Assembly: GCA_029821495.1 (NCBI GenBank)
Contig: JALGTG010000002.1
Coordinates: 1 to 62,982, forward strand
Length of the DNA stretch: 62,982 bases
DNA from: Candidatus Hebobacteria bacterium
Lineage (GTDB): Bacteria > Armatimonadota > Hebobacteria > Hebobacterales > Hebobacteraceae
Direction: 5' to 3'
The notes under the pieces were generated by a model that did no database searches, was not told the origin of the DNA, and saw only the letters and a program-made list of their open reading frames with translations. Positions within the stretch are counted from its first letter, which is position 1. Each line of letters starts with the position of its first letter. A program made the position numbers and the translations under genes. Below, piece by piece: positions 1 through 10,019 of the stretch.

Positions 1-1
1 G

Positions 2-955
2 ATGCTCACCGTGACCGCGGGCTGTGATGGACCCCAACCACTGCACGGCAGCGCGACGACGACGCTGGCGGTGCAGCCGGTAGAGCACGTGTTGGAGGTG
101 AGTGCGAGCTGCGACGCCGACGTACTCCCCTCTGGCGGCACTGCGAACTGCACCGCCACCTTCACGGATAGCCGCCCCCACGGGATCGCCTCCTGGCAGT
201 GGGATGACGGAGGCGCGGGAGGCGCTTTCGGCCCGTCGGGCGAGGTACAGAATCCGACATACACTGCGCCTGCAAACGTAAGCGACGATGACCTAATCGT
301 AACGCTGACAGTGACCGCCGCCTGCGACGGCCCGGACCTGCTGATGGCGGCCGACACGGCCGACCTTACGGTCCGTCCCACCGGGATGTTCAGCGATGTG
401 GGCGCCGACCATCTCATGGCCGCCGAGATCGAAGCCTGCTTCAACGCTGGCATCGTCACCGGGTTCGACGATGGGCTGTACCATCCCGAGCTGCCGGTGA
501 CCCGCGGGCAGATGGCGGCATACGTCTCACGAGCACTGGCCGGCGGAGACGACGGTGTGCCGGACTTCGCCGACACACCGACCTTCCCCGACGTCGATGC
601 TGACCACTGGGCACTCGACTACGTGGAGTACGCGGTCCAGCAGGCAGTCGTCGCCGGACATGCCGACGGCAATTACTACCCCGAGTACGAGGTCACCCGT
701 GACCAGATGGCCGTCTATGTTGCCCGTGCGATGGTGGCTCCCACCGGCGAGGCCGCTCTTGCTGACTATGAGCCCTCGGATCCCCGCAACTTCCCTGACG
801 TAGACCTCGAGTTCTGGGCCTACCGACACGTTGAGTACTGCGTAGAGCACGGCGTTGTCCAAGGCTATGAAGACGGTCACTACTACCCCGACGTCGTCGT
901 CACTCGCGCCCACATGGCGGTGTACATCGCGCGGGCGTTCGACCTGCCCATTTGA
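2..955 (+). CDS. S-layer homology (SLH) domain surface protein, C-terminal part (5' end lies outside the window)
   Basis: The ORF is open at the window start. It has three tandem SLH-type repeats (FSDVGADHLMAAEIEACFNAGIVTGFDDGLYHP..VTRGQMA; FPDVDADHWALDYVEYAV..VTRDQMA; FPDVDLEFWAYRHVEYCVEHGVVQGYEDGHYYP..VTRAHMA). These follow repeated Ig/PKD-like modules (LTVTAGCDGP and LTVTAACDGP). Confidence 0.8.
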   Translation: MLTVTAGCDGPQPLHGSATTTLAVQPVEHVLEVSASCDADVLPSGGTANCTATFTDSRPHGIASWQWDDGGAGGAFGPSGEVQNPTYTAPANVSDDDLIVTLTVTAACDGPDLLMAADTADLTVRPTGMFSDVGADHLMAAEIEACFNAGIVTGFDDGLYHPELPVTRGQMAAYVSRALAGGDDGVPDFADTPTFPDVDADHWALDYVEYAVQQAVVAGHADGNYYPEYEVTRDQMAVYVARAMVAPTGEAALADYEPSDPRNFPDVDLEFWAYRHVEYCVEHGVVQGYEDGHYYPDVVVTRAHMAVYIARAFDLPI

Positions 956-1235
956 GTAGGTCGGCTCGTCGCCATCGCAGGCCACGCGGCGTACGTCAGA
1001 CACTCAGTCGGCAAGCCGAGTTCCGTCGTGGGTGTTCATCTATCTGGAACTGCAGTCGTCTACGGCCTCAGGCGGCCAACCCCGGGGGCCGACACGGTGT
1101 CGGGCCAACAAGCGCCCAACATGGGCTGTTGGCGCCGACTCGGCCGGCGGCCAGCGAGTTACGGCTCCGTACCTGGGAGCGCGCCGGCAGGTGTGCCGCT
1201 GCCTTGGGAGAAACAGAAGCCTTGTCTGATGCGAT

Positions 1236-2567
1236 ATGCTTAGTAGGCTCGTCAAAGCTCTGGCGCTGGTCACACTGGTTGCCTTGCTCTATGTCGGCTT
1301 CACCCGGGAGTCGCGGCCGGCCACTACCGATGGCCGCGTTCACATCACCTACTGGGAGAAGTGGACTGGCTTCGAGGGCGAGGCCATGCACGCAGTGGTG
1401 GACGAGTTCAACCGCAGCCAGGATCGGGTATACGTCGAAGTCCTGGCCATAAGTCAGGTGAACCAGAAGACGCTGCTGGCCGCCGCTGGCGGAGTGCCGC
1501 CCGATGTTGCTGGCCTGTGGGCCGACAACATCAGCGCGTACGCTGACAAGCAAGCGCTGTTGCCTCTGGACGACTACCTGAGGCAAGCGGGACTGACTCG
1601 CGACCACTACATCCCATGCTACTGGGACATCTGCGAGTACGAGGGCCACATGTACGCTCTCCCAAGCGCGCCCCACTCGCTCGCCATTCACTGGAACAAG
1701 GCGATGTTCCGCGAGGCCGGTCTCGATCCCGAGCGGCCTCCTCGGACGCTCGAAGAACTCGGCCACTACACGGAGCTGTTGACCAGGCGCGACGAGAGCG
1801 GCCGGCTGGTGCAGATGGGGTTCATGCCCAGCTACCCCGGCTGGTGGAACTGGGCCTGGGGCTACTACTTCGGGGGAACGCTGTGGGACGGCCGGGACAC
1901 GATCACCGCCGACTCCCCCGAGAACATCCGTGCCTACGAATGGGTGCAGTCGTATTCGAAGAAGTACGGCGCAACTGATCTGCAGTTGTTCCAGAGCGGG
2001 TTCGCCAATTGGTCCTCGCCGCAGGACCCCTTCCTCTCGGGAAGGGTCGCCATGGTGCTTCAGGGGGTCTGGCTGGGGAACTATATAGACAAGTACTCCC
2101 CTGGCATGGAGTGGGGGGCAGCACCATGGCCCTACCCCGCCGACCATCCGGAGTTCGCAGACGTCACATCGGTCGCCTCCGACATCCTCTGCATCCCCGC
2201 CGGGGCCAAGCACCCGGATGAGGCGTTCGAGTTCATCGCCTTCGTAAACTCCCAGAAGGGCATGGAGCTGCTCAACCTCGGACAGCGGAAGCACTCGCCC
2301 CTGGCGGAGGTGAGCGACGAGTTCATCGCCGCACATCCCAACCCTTACATCCAGGTGTTCATAGACGTGGCCAAGCAAGGCCGCACCTTCTCCAATCCAA
2401 AGCTGCCGATCTGGTCAGAGTACGGGAATGAGATGAATGCCGCCTTCGATTCGATCTGGCTACAGCAGACCACCCCGGAGGAGGCGCTGAGCAGTGTGAC
2501 GGCGCGCATGCAGGGCAGGCTCGATCGCGCTCTGCTGGAAAGATCCCGCAGGGAGGGCAGCCTATGA
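1236..2567 (+). CDS. ABC transporter substrate-binding protein (family 1, carbohydrate type)
   Basis: 443-aa ORF with a hydrophobic N-terminal anchor (LVKALALVTLVALLYVG). The W/Y-rich sequence is typical of sugar-binding proteins. Its stop overlaps the next gene's start (ATGA at 2564-2567). Confidence 0.85.
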   Translation: MLSRLVKALALVTLVALLYVGFTRESRPATTDGRVHITYWEKWTGFEGEAMHAVVDEFNRSQDRVYVEVLAISQVNQKTLLAAAGGVPPDVAGLWADNISAYADKQALLPLDDYLRQAGLTRDHYIPCYWDICEYEGHMYALPSAPHSLAIHWNKAMFREAGLDPERPPRTLEELGHYTELLTRRDESGRLVQMGFMPSYPGWWNWAWGYYFGGTLWDGRDTITADSPENIRAYEWVQSYSKKYGATDLQLFQSGFANWSSPQDPFLSGRVAMVLQGVWLGNYIDKYSPGMEWGAAPWPYPADHPEFADVTSVASDILCIPAGAKHPDEAFEFIAFVNSQKGMELLNLGQRKHSPLAEVSDEFIAAHPNPYIQVFIDVAKQGRTFSNPKLPIWSEYGNEMNAAFDSIWLQQTTPEEALSSVTARMQGRLDRALLERSRREGSL

Positions 2568-3448
2568 AGGGGCTGAGCAGACGCGAGATGTGGGCCGGCC
2601 TGGCGTTCGTCTCTCCGTGGATCGTCGGACTCGGGGTCTTCCTGCTCTATCCCATCCTAGCTTCCCTGTACTACAGCTTCTGCGACTACTCCGTCTTCAG
2701 AGAAGCACGGCCTATTGGTGCGGCCAACTATGTGGACCTGGCGAGCGACAAGCTCTTCTGGAAGTCGCTGCTCAACACGCTGTACTTCGCGGCCCTGTCG
2801 GTTCCACTGGGCCTCATCCTGGCACTCGCGCTGGCTCTACTGCTGAACAGCGGGGTACGGGGGCTCACCATCTACCGGACAATCTTCTTCCTGCCGGCGC
2901 TCGTACCTATGGTGGCGCTGGCAGTGCTGTGGCTGTGGATCTTCAATGGCGAGTACGGGGTGCTTAACTCGGCACTCTCGAGCCTGGGCGTTCCCGCCCC
3001 GGGGTGGCTGACCGATCCCGCCTGGAGCAAACCCGCGCTCGTGCTCCTCTCCATGTGGGGCGTCGGCTATGCCATGGTGATCTTCCTGGCCGGGCTCCAG
3101 GACGTGCCCGTGCATCTCTACGAGGCAGCCGATCTAGACGGGGCCTCGTGGCTGCATAAGATCCGCCATGTGACGCTCCCCATGGTTTCCCCTGTGATAC
3201 TCTTCAACGGGATCATGGGCATCATCGGCAGCCTGCAGTACTTCGCCATTCCGTACATCATGACCCCGAACGGGCAGCCGGCGCGTTCCGCCTATTTCTA
3301 CGCAATGTACCTGTACGACAACGCGTTCCTCTACCTCAAAATGGGCTACGCCAGTGCCATGGCATGGATTCTCTTCCTGATTATCCTCTGCCTGACGCTG
3401 CTCTCCCTACGCCTGGCATCCCGCTACGTTCACTACGAGGGCGGCTAA
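2564..3448 (+). CDS. carbohydrate ABC transporter permease (MalF/UgpA-like)
   Basis: Multi-TM 294-aa ORF with an EAA-loop motif (YEAADLDGASWLHKIRHVTLPM). It is operonic with the binding protein. Confidence 0.9.
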   Translation: MKGLSRREMWAGLAFVSPWIVGLGVFLLYPILASLYYSFCDYSVFREARPIGAANYVDLASDKLFWKSLLNTLYFAALSVPLGLILALALALLLNSGVRGLTIYRTIFFLPALVPMVALAVLWLWIFNGEYGVLNSALSSLGVPAPGWLTDPAWSKPALVLLSMWGVGYAMVIFLAGLQDVPVHLYEAADLDGASWLHKIRHVTLPMVSPVILFNGIMGIIGSLQYFAIPYIMTPNGQPARSAYFYAMYLYDNAFLYLKMGYASAMAWILFLIILCLTLLSLRLASRYVHYEGG

Positions 3449-4302
3449 TGAAGGCGCGACACCCGCTATCCCGCGCCATCGTGTACATCCTCCTGCTCGG
3501 GGGGTCCTTTCTCTTCCTGTTCCCCCTCTTCTGGATGATCAGCACCTCCCTGAAGCCCGTGGAGGAGACCATGGCCCTCCCTCCGCGGTGGATTCCTTCC
3601 TCGTGGCAACCCGACAACTACTGGAAGGCTGTCACCCACGGGAGCGAGATTCTCGGATACACTCCCTTCCTCGAATACGGCAAGAATACGGTGCTGCTGT
3701 GCGTGCTGGTGGTGGTCGGGGCCCTGATATCGAACTCCCTCATCGCCTACGGCTTCGCTCGACTCAGGTGGCCTGGCAGGGATGTACTCTTCGGCGTCAC
3801 CCTCGCCACCATGATGATCCCCTTCCCCATCCTCATGGTGCCGATGTTCTCGCTTTTCCGGCATCTCGGATGGATTGGGACGTTCCGCCCACTCTGGATC
3901 CCGGCCTGGTTCGGCTCTGCCTTCAACATCTTCCTGCTCCGTCAGTTCTTCCTGACCATTCCGCGGGAGTTGTCCGACGCCGCGGTGGTAGACGGATGCT
4001 CGGAGTTCCAGGTCTTCCGTCACATCATCGTGCCACTCTCGAAACCCGCGCTTGCGGTGGTGGCCCTCTTCCAATTCCTCTTCACCTGGAACGATTTTCT
4101 GGGCCCCCTCATCTATCTCACCGATCAGCGGATGTTCACGCTCTCCCTGGGTCTACAGTTCTACCAGAGCCAGCACGGCGGCACCGAGTGGCACTTGCTG
4201 ATGGCCGCCGCAACCATCATCGTGCTGCCGGTCATCATCCTCTTCTTCTTCACTCAACGCACGTTCATCCAGGGAGTGGCCGTCACTGGCATCAAGGGGT
4301 AA
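3448..4302 (+). CDS. carbohydrate ABC transporter permease (MalG/UgpE-like)
   Basis: Start placed at the internal ATG 3448 (MKARHPLSRAIVYILLLGG), which overlaps the upstream TAA by 1 nt. EAA-type motif (LSDAAVVDGCSEFQVFRHIIVPLSKP). Six predicted TM segments. Confidence 0.9.
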   Translation: MKARHPLSRAIVYILLLGGSFLFLFPLFWMISTSLKPVEETMALPPRWIPSSWQPDNYWKAVTHGSEILGYTPFLEYGKNTVLLCVLVVVGALISNSLIAYGFARLRWPGRDVLFGVTLATMMIPFPILMVPMFSLFRHLGWIGTFRPLWIPAWFGSAFNIFLLRQFFLTIPRELSDAAVVDGCSEFQVFRHIIVPLSKPALAVVALFQFLFTWNDFLGPLIYLTDQRMFTLSLGLQFYQSQHGGTEWHLLMAAATIIVLPVIILFFFTQRTFIQGVAVTGIKG

Positions 4303-4398
4303 GCTGCTTCCGGGGTCCCGCGCGCATCTCACGCCTGCAGTGCGGCTCCGGGGGCAAGGCTCGGCGTCCACCGTTGACATCTCAGGCGCCAATGAGAT

Positions 4399-4433
4399 GG
4401 CCCCAAGGGCCGTCTGAGGCGGCCCTTGGGGCC
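4399..4433. terminator. bidirectional intrinsic-terminator-like hairpin between convergent genes
   Basis: Perfect 14-bp stem GGCCCCAAGGGCCG / CGGCCCTTGGGGCC with a 7-nt loop. It lies between the permease stop (4302) and the RNase D stop (4456). Confidence 0.6.
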
Positions 4434-4455
4434 CGGAGTTGCGAAGCAGCGGGCC

Positions 4456-5616
4456 TCAGTCTCGGGCCTCTTCCTCCCAGTCCAGGTGCACGCGCTGCGT
4501 GTCGGGGTCAATGCGCGCGGTGGCCCTACCTTGAAGTGTCGCGAGCAGTGGTTCGCCCACCGCCTTCCGCCGCCACCCGCGGAGCAGAGGCACGCGCGCA
4601 TCCTCGCCGTGGAGCACGATGGCCGAGAGGTCGGCGCGATTGGCCAGGAGTCCGGGTGAGATCTGCTTCTCGGCGGCGAGCGACCGAAGGCAGAGGACGA
4701 GGAAGTCCACAGTCGGCTCCATTTCCTGCGGAAGGGGAGTCGGCTTCTCCAGTCTGGGCGGGGGCATGTCGGCGCTCCGGGTGAGCGCCTCGATCATGCC
4801 CCGGCCGAACCGCCGAGCCTGCTGCGGCCGCAGACCGCGCACCTCGGACAGGGCCGCGATGGTATCCCGCGGCCGGCGCGCCAGCTCCATGAGCACCGCG
4901 TCCATACAGATGCGCCGCACCGGAATGTTCGACTCCCGCGCAGTTTCCTCTCGCCAGGCGACGATCTCGCGGAGGCGGGAGAGCTCTTCGCCATTCAGCC
5001 GATCGACGTTGCGCATCTGGCGGAACATCTCGCGCGGATCGGCCGGGGCGAAGCGCGCCGCTCTTTCGAGACCGCTGAACTCCTCGCGCGCCCACCCGAG
5101 CCGCCCGCGCGCACTGAGCTCCTGCACCAGGTGGTCGTGCACAGGCGCGAGGCAGCGCACGTCCTCCAGCGCATACTCCACCTGCCTGTCTGTGAGCGGC
5201 CGCCGCAGCCAGTCGGTGAAAGCATGCGACTTCCTGAGGCGCCGCTTGGTGACTCGCTCGACGAGCTTCGCGAGGGATATCTGCTCCTCGTATCCCAGCA
5301 GCGCGGCCGCGATCTGCACGTCGAACACAGGCGCGACCGGGCGGCCCATAATCGCGAAGAAGATGGCGAGGTCCTGGCTGCCGGCATGGAAGACTTTCTC
5401 GATGTCGCGCGCGAGGAGCACGTCGAACAGCGGACTCAGATCGCCGACGGCAAGCGGATCGATGAGCGCGGCGCGCTCGTCTGTGGCGATCTGGATGGCA
5501 CCGACCTCGGGGTAATAGCGGCCCTCGCCGACGAACTCGGTGTCGAGGTACACGACGGAGGCCCCGCCTAGATCGGAACACAGCTTCGCAAGTTCGGGAG
5601 GCTTTTCTACTATCAT
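4456..5616 (-). CDS. rnd: ribonuclease D (DEDD 3'-5' exonuclease plus HRDC domain)
   Basis: Motifs YLDTEF, HAGSQDLAIF and YALEDV with a C-terminal HRDC-like region. ATG at 5616 is preferred (MIVEKPPELAKL). An upstream GTG at 5652 is an alternative start. Confidence 0.85.
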   Translation of the reverse strand: MIVEKPPELAKLCSDLGGASVVYLDTEFVGEGRYYPEVGAIQIATDERAALIDPLAVGDLSPLFDVLLARDIEKVFHAGSQDLAIFFAIMGRPVAPVFDVQIAAALLGYEEQISLAKLVERVTKRRLRKSHAFTDWLRRPLTDRQVEYALEDVRCLAPVHDHLVQELSARGRLGWAREEFSGLERAARFAPADPREMFRQMRNVDRLNGEELSRLREIVAWREETARESNIPVRRICMDAVLMELARRPRDTIAALSEVRGLRPQQARRFGRGMIEALTRSADMPPPRLEKPTPLPQEMEPTVDFLVLCLRSLAAEKQISPGLLANRADLSAIVLHGEDARVPLLRGWRRKAVGEPLLATLQGRATARIDPDTQRVHLDWEEEARD

Positions 5617-5853
5617 ACGATTGTCACATGGCGACAAGGCTGTTCTCACCACGCGTCCGCGCGCGTGCTAGAGACATCACAGTCCAGCTTCCTCGCTAAT
5701 GGTGCGGCGTTTCTACTGGTCCCTGGCCGCGCGCAGCGGGGCATGCCCGGTGCCACGGGGCATGCGCTGGCTGGTACAACCCACCACCGCTGGCCCGCCT
5801 TCCGCACATCACAGGCAAGCCGTCCGCGCTCCCGCCTGCTGTTCGCGCTGCCA

Positions 5854-7974
5854 CTACTCGGCGCCAGCCCCGTGATACCGGCGCTCGTAGATGCTCTCGT
5901 GCACCTCTCTAGCGGCCTCGACCAACTCAGCGAACGGAGTGTCGGTCACCGTCACCAGGCCGATGTTGTAGTTCTCGCCGTCGAGCGTGCGGCCCGTGAG
6001 GGGCTCGTCGACGTACTGGAACCAGTGGCAGCCGACGAAGGCCGGCAGAGCGATGACGCTGTTGACGTAGTCGATGAACATCTGTGCGCGCTCGGCCTGG
6101 TCCTTTACGGCCACTAGCCCGGGATGCAGTGAGCCGCGGTCGAGCGCTCCGAAGTGGAACTCACCGATGATGAATGGTTTGCCCAGGTCGGCAGTCCACC
6201 CCCACCTGTCCGGATCGACGCTTGGCCGGTAGATGTTGAAGCTGACCACGTCCGCCACTTCGGCACACGCCGTCAGGGCTTGCTCGTTCTGCTCGGAGAA
6301 GCGGCAGCCTAGGTCTAGGTGGTTGGGTGCGTGCTTCTCGATGGCGGTGTGCACCTTACGGAAGTACTCGAGCGAGTACTCGTTGGTGAAGGCCCGCAGG
6401 TCCTCCGCGCAGGCCTCATTGGGTTCCTCGGGGGCCCGCAGTGCATCCCAGCTCTGTGCATCCGTACTCCAGGCGTCGTTCAGGGCGGCCAGAGAGCCGT
6501 ACTTCTCTTCGAGGGTGCGGACGAATGCCCGGCGGCACGGCTGGTCGGCCGGGGAGCGCAGCGTTCCGCCGGCGATGTTGAAGCTGTCGTCCCCTCCCCA
6601 CGACAGCTCGTTCTCGAAGAAGTAACCGATGCAGCGGGGATTATCGGCATACCTCGCGCCGGCCTCACTCATCACGCGGTCCACTTCCTCGTCGAAGGAC
6701 GAGTCATAGACATCGGGCATCTTCCCCCAGTACCCGTAGGCTCCCTCGACCGGCCGCTCCTCGCCCGACAGCCAGACGCACACCGCGAAGGGATGTGGTG
6801 AGTTGCGGTACACCTCCTCCTGGGACCAACCCGCGATGGTGTTGAACCCCCAGGCGCGTATCCGGTCGTATGTCACCTGCATCCACTTCCCATGCCAGTC
6901 GTCCCCGTACTTGCGCATCAGATTGGCCTTGTGGAAGCTGAACGTCTCCCCGCCCGTATCTTGAAGGGGTCCCGCGTGGTTGAGGGGATTCGGGTCGAAG
7001 CCGAAGCAGTCGGCGAAAGGGCCATCCCGCTCCGGCAGCCACTGGAAGTATCCGTCACGCTCACTGACGAACGTATACTGCCCCGGCACCACGACGTCGA
7101 TGCCGCTGGAGAAGAACAGGTGCCCCGATGGTGTCACGAGCCACCACTTGTCGTCCACCTTCTCCGTGCGGAACCAGCCGGTGGCTTCGAGCTGCGGGCC
7201 GACGGTCCAGCCGCCGTACTCGTCGCGCCCCGGCATCGGCGGCATCTGCGCCAGTTCCTCCCGCTCCGCATCGCGCTGCGCCTGAAGGCCCTCCTCACTG
7301 CGCACCTTGCGCGGCCAGTCCTCAAAGGCGTACTGTCCGTACCGGTCCACAAACGGCGGTATCTCCTGTGCTGGTGAGTCGGGACCTCCCCACAGGCGTA
7401 TGTTGTCGAGCAGCACCTCAGCGCCCGGCTCCGCCCGTCCCATCCCTACGCCGAGGCCGGTGATCTTCGTCAGGTCTATGACCCCGCCCCAGGCCGGGCC
7501 CGTCGGATAGCCATCTATGATGGGGTAGCCGCGCATACCCCACAGCGCGCCCTCGTCCCCCATGTTGAATCGCAGGGCGACCAGCGCCGTCTCGCTGGGT
7601 CCTACTGCCATCCTCGCCATGTTGCCAGGACGGCGCCAGCGAGGCGCGTCCTCTTCGCGTGGATTCTCTGCGGCGATGAGGACTTGCACTTGCCCGGTCC
7701 CCGGATTGGTGACGTCCACCGCCACGCCAGTGTAGCCGGTCCAGTCCCAGACGCCCTCGGCCGGGAACCTGACGGAGTTCCACCGGCCTTCCGAGGCAGT
7801 GACCCGAAGAACCTGGCCTTCACCCGATGGCGCCGGGGCGAGGGCCGCCTCCGCGGCTTGGGTCTCTAGCGGCGGCGGCCCGTCGGGGCCCTCGAAATCG
7901 TAAAGCACCTTGTCCGCGTGGCACAGTGACGCCAGGGCGATCAGTGCCGTCAGTGTAGTCAAGCAGCGTTTCAT
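5854..7974 (-). CDS. secreted glycoside hydrolase, TIM-barrel clan GH-A-like (GH42/GH50-like), with an N-terminal beta-sandwich domain
   Basis: Signal peptide MKRCLTTLTALIALASLCHA at the internal ATG 7974. Motifs WGFNTIAGW, GYFFENELSW, IIGEFHFGA and CHWFQYVDEPLTGR..GENYNIGLV. The family assignment is tentative. Confidence 0.7.
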   Translation of the reverse strand: MKRCLTTLTALIALASLCHADKVLYDFEGPDGPPPLETQAAEAALAPAPSGEGQVLRVTASEGRWNSVRFPAEGVWDWTGYTGVAVDVTNPGTGQVQVLIAAENPREEDAPRWRRPGNMARMAVGPSETALVALRFNMGDEGALWGMRGYPIIDGYPTGPAWGGVIDLTKITGLGVGMGRAEPGAEVLLDNIRLWGGPDSPAQEIPPFVDRYGQYAFEDWPRKVRSEEGLQAQRDAEREELAQMPPMPGRDEYGGWTVGPQLEATGWFRTEKVDDKWWLVTPSGHLFFSSGIDVVVPGQYTFVSERDGYFQWLPERDGPFADCFGFDPNPLNHAGPLQDTGGETFSFHKANLMRKYGDDWHGKWMQVTYDRIRAWGFNTIAGWSQEEVYRNSPHPFAVCVWLSGEERPVEGAYGYWGKMPDVYDSSFDEEVDRVMSEAGARYADNPRCIGYFFENELSWGGDDSFNIAGGTLRSPADQPCRRAFVRTLEEKYGSLAALNDAWSTDAQSWDALRAPEEPNEACAEDLRAFTNEYSLEYFRKVHTAIEKHAPNHLDLGCRFSEQNEQALTACAEVADVVSFNIYRPSVDPDRWGWTADLGKPFIIGEFHFGALDRGSLHPGLVAVKDQAERAQMFIDYVNSVIALPAFVGCHWFQYVDEPLTGRTLDGENYNIGLVTVTDTPFAELVEAAREVHESIYERRYHGAGAE

Positions 7975-8367
7975 GAAGCTCTCTCCCTCTTGACAGGCCG
8001 TTCGGCATCGTCTGTGCTGACGGCTCAACGGTTCATCCGCTACTACAGTGCGCCGCCGTAGACGCCACTTCCTGCTCTGCAGACCTCTGCGGCAGTCATC
8101 CGAGCCGGAGATGGAAGAGCCCTCCCATCCATGGTCGCCCTTCCACTCTCCCCTCTTCTTTGCACCTACACTCTCGTCCAGTCTTGAGAGTTACGGCACA
8201 CGGCTCCCCGGGGAGGAGCCCTCGCTGGAACGGCGAACCGGGCGACTACGGAAGAGACGGCAAGAGACGACAGACGCGGGAGCCCTGACAAGAGCCCCTG
8301 CCCCGGGGCGGCCGGGGCCCGGGACAGAGCCCAATACGCAGAGCGCCGTCGCAGGCGCGGGCAGCGA

Positions 8368-9876
8368 ATGAGTGAGCGAGCAGACGCGGAGTCCCACGAT
8401 CGCCGCGCACAGGAGCTGTGGGAGGACGGCCAACTAGAGGAGGCCATCCTCGCGTGGGAGCGCGCCCTCGCGCTCGATCCCGATTCCGTCGGCGTCTTGG
8501 CCAACCTCGCTTGGGCACTGAGCTACATGGGGCGAAGTTCCAGGGCACTCCAGGCGGCCGCCAGAGCTGTCGAACTCGCGCCCGAGGAGGAGTACCCGCA
8601 CCACACCCTCGGCCAGGTCTACTACCGGGCCGGACGGTTCAGGGATGCGATCGAGGCCTACTCGACGGCATTGAAGCTCCGCCCGGATGAGGCCCTTCTC
8701 CACTCCGATCTCGGAGACGCGCTATACTCCGACGAGCAATTCGAGCGGGCCGTCCGCGAGTACGAAGCCGCCATCCAGCTCGAGAAAGACGACGCCTACG
8801 CCCACTTATGGCTGGGATGGGCCAGACTCCAGCATGGCGATGAGCGCGGTGCCTCCTCTGCCTTCCATCTCTCGCTCGACCTCGCGCCCGACTGGCCCGA
8901 GGCCCTGTATGCGGTAGGACAGATGTCGGCTGCCCAGGGTGACTTCGCGCGCGCCCGGGAGTGCCTCGAGCGCGCTCTTGAGCTCTACCCGAGTGAGGAC
9001 GAGGAGGGCCGCGCCGCCGCCTACGCTGAGCTGGGCAATACCTTCCGGGGAGCCGGCGATCTACACCGCGCGACTGACTGCTACCGCCGCGCCCTCTCGC
9101 TCGACCCCACTCACTCGGCCGTCCTCTTCAACCTCGGCCTCGTCTATGCTGACCTCGGGGACTACGAGCACGCGGCCGCCGAGTTCAGCATACTCATCCA
9201 GCTCGCCCCTGACGACGCCGACGCTCTTGTCGAACGCGGCAGCTCCTATCTCGCCCAGGGCAGCCACCACGAGGCCATCGAAGACTATCAAGCGGCCCTG
9301 GCCGTCCGGCCCGATGATGCCGACGCCCTGAGCGGTCTCGGCTCCGCCTACTACTCCCTGGGCATCTATGATGTCGCCGCCGAGAGCTACTCTCGCGCAG
9401 CATCCCTAGACCCGCACGACCCCTGGGCCCGGTGTAACCGCGGCCTCGCCCTGGAGGCCGCGGGGCGACACGCAGAAGCTGACGACAGCTTCGAGGAAGC
9501 CTGGAATGCCGGCCAGGACGATCCCGAGCTGTGCATAGCACTCGCCCGCGCCCTCACCTCCCAAGGCCGGAATCCCGATGCTGCTGTTCGCGCGGCCCGT
9601 CGCGCCTGCGGTCTCGCCCCCGAAAGTGGGGACGCTCACGATGCCCTCGCCGTAGCGCTGTACTCCTCCGGCTCCTATCAGGCAGCAGTCGGCCCCGCAG
9701 AGGAGGCCCTCCGACTCGCCCCGGAAGTGCCCGAGTATGCCTATGATCTCGGGCTCGTTCAGGAGGCCCTGCACGATATGGCATCCGCGCGGGCAAGCTT
9801 CCTGTTGGCGGTAAAGCTGGCTCCCGGCTTTGAAGAGGCGCGGGAGGCCCTGCGGCGGCTCGGCGATCTCCCCTGA
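8368..9876 (+). CDS. tetratricopeptide (TPR) repeat protein
   Basis: 502-aa ORF made of many 34-aa repeats with the A..Y..AL.L.P pattern (e.g. AIEAYSTALKLRPDEALLHSDLGDALY). Confidence 0.85.
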   Translation: MSERADAESHDRRAQELWEDGQLEEAILAWERALALDPDSVGVLANLAWALSYMGRSSRALQAAARAVELAPEEEYPHHTLGQVYYRAGRFRDAIEAYSTALKLRPDEALLHSDLGDALYSDEQFERAVREYEAAIQLEKDDAYAHLWLGWARLQHGDERGASSAFHLSLDLAPDWPEALYAVGQMSAAQGDFARARECLERALELYPSEDEEGRAAAYAELGNTFRGAGDLHRATDCYRRALSLDPTHSAVLFNLGLVYADLGDYEHAAAEFSILIQLAPDDADALVERGSSYLAQGSHHEAIEDYQAALAVRPDDADALSGLGSAYYSLGIYDVAAESYSRAASLDPHDPWARCNRGLALEAAGRHAEADDSFEEAWNAGQDDPELCIALARALTSQGRNPDAAVRAARRACGLAPESGDAHDALAVALYSSGSYQAAVGPAEEALRLAPEVPEYAYDLGLVQEALHDMASARASFLLAVKLAPGFEEAREALRRLGDLP

Positions 9877-10019
9877 ACTCTCGTCCCTTGAACGATCCCC
9901 TGCCGGAACCGCGATAGTGCGCCCTTCCTAGATCGTCGACTGCACGGGGCTCCCCGCGGCATCACGCCGCGATACGCTATCGGCGGCCACCGGCAATACT
10001 GACGCCCCGCAAGCTCCCC

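Noticed and set aside
3588-4784. 398-aa plus-strand ORF.
   Set aside because: It is out of frame within the MalG-type permease, then runs through the terminator hairpin and antisense into rnd. Its arginine-rich composition is not protein-like.
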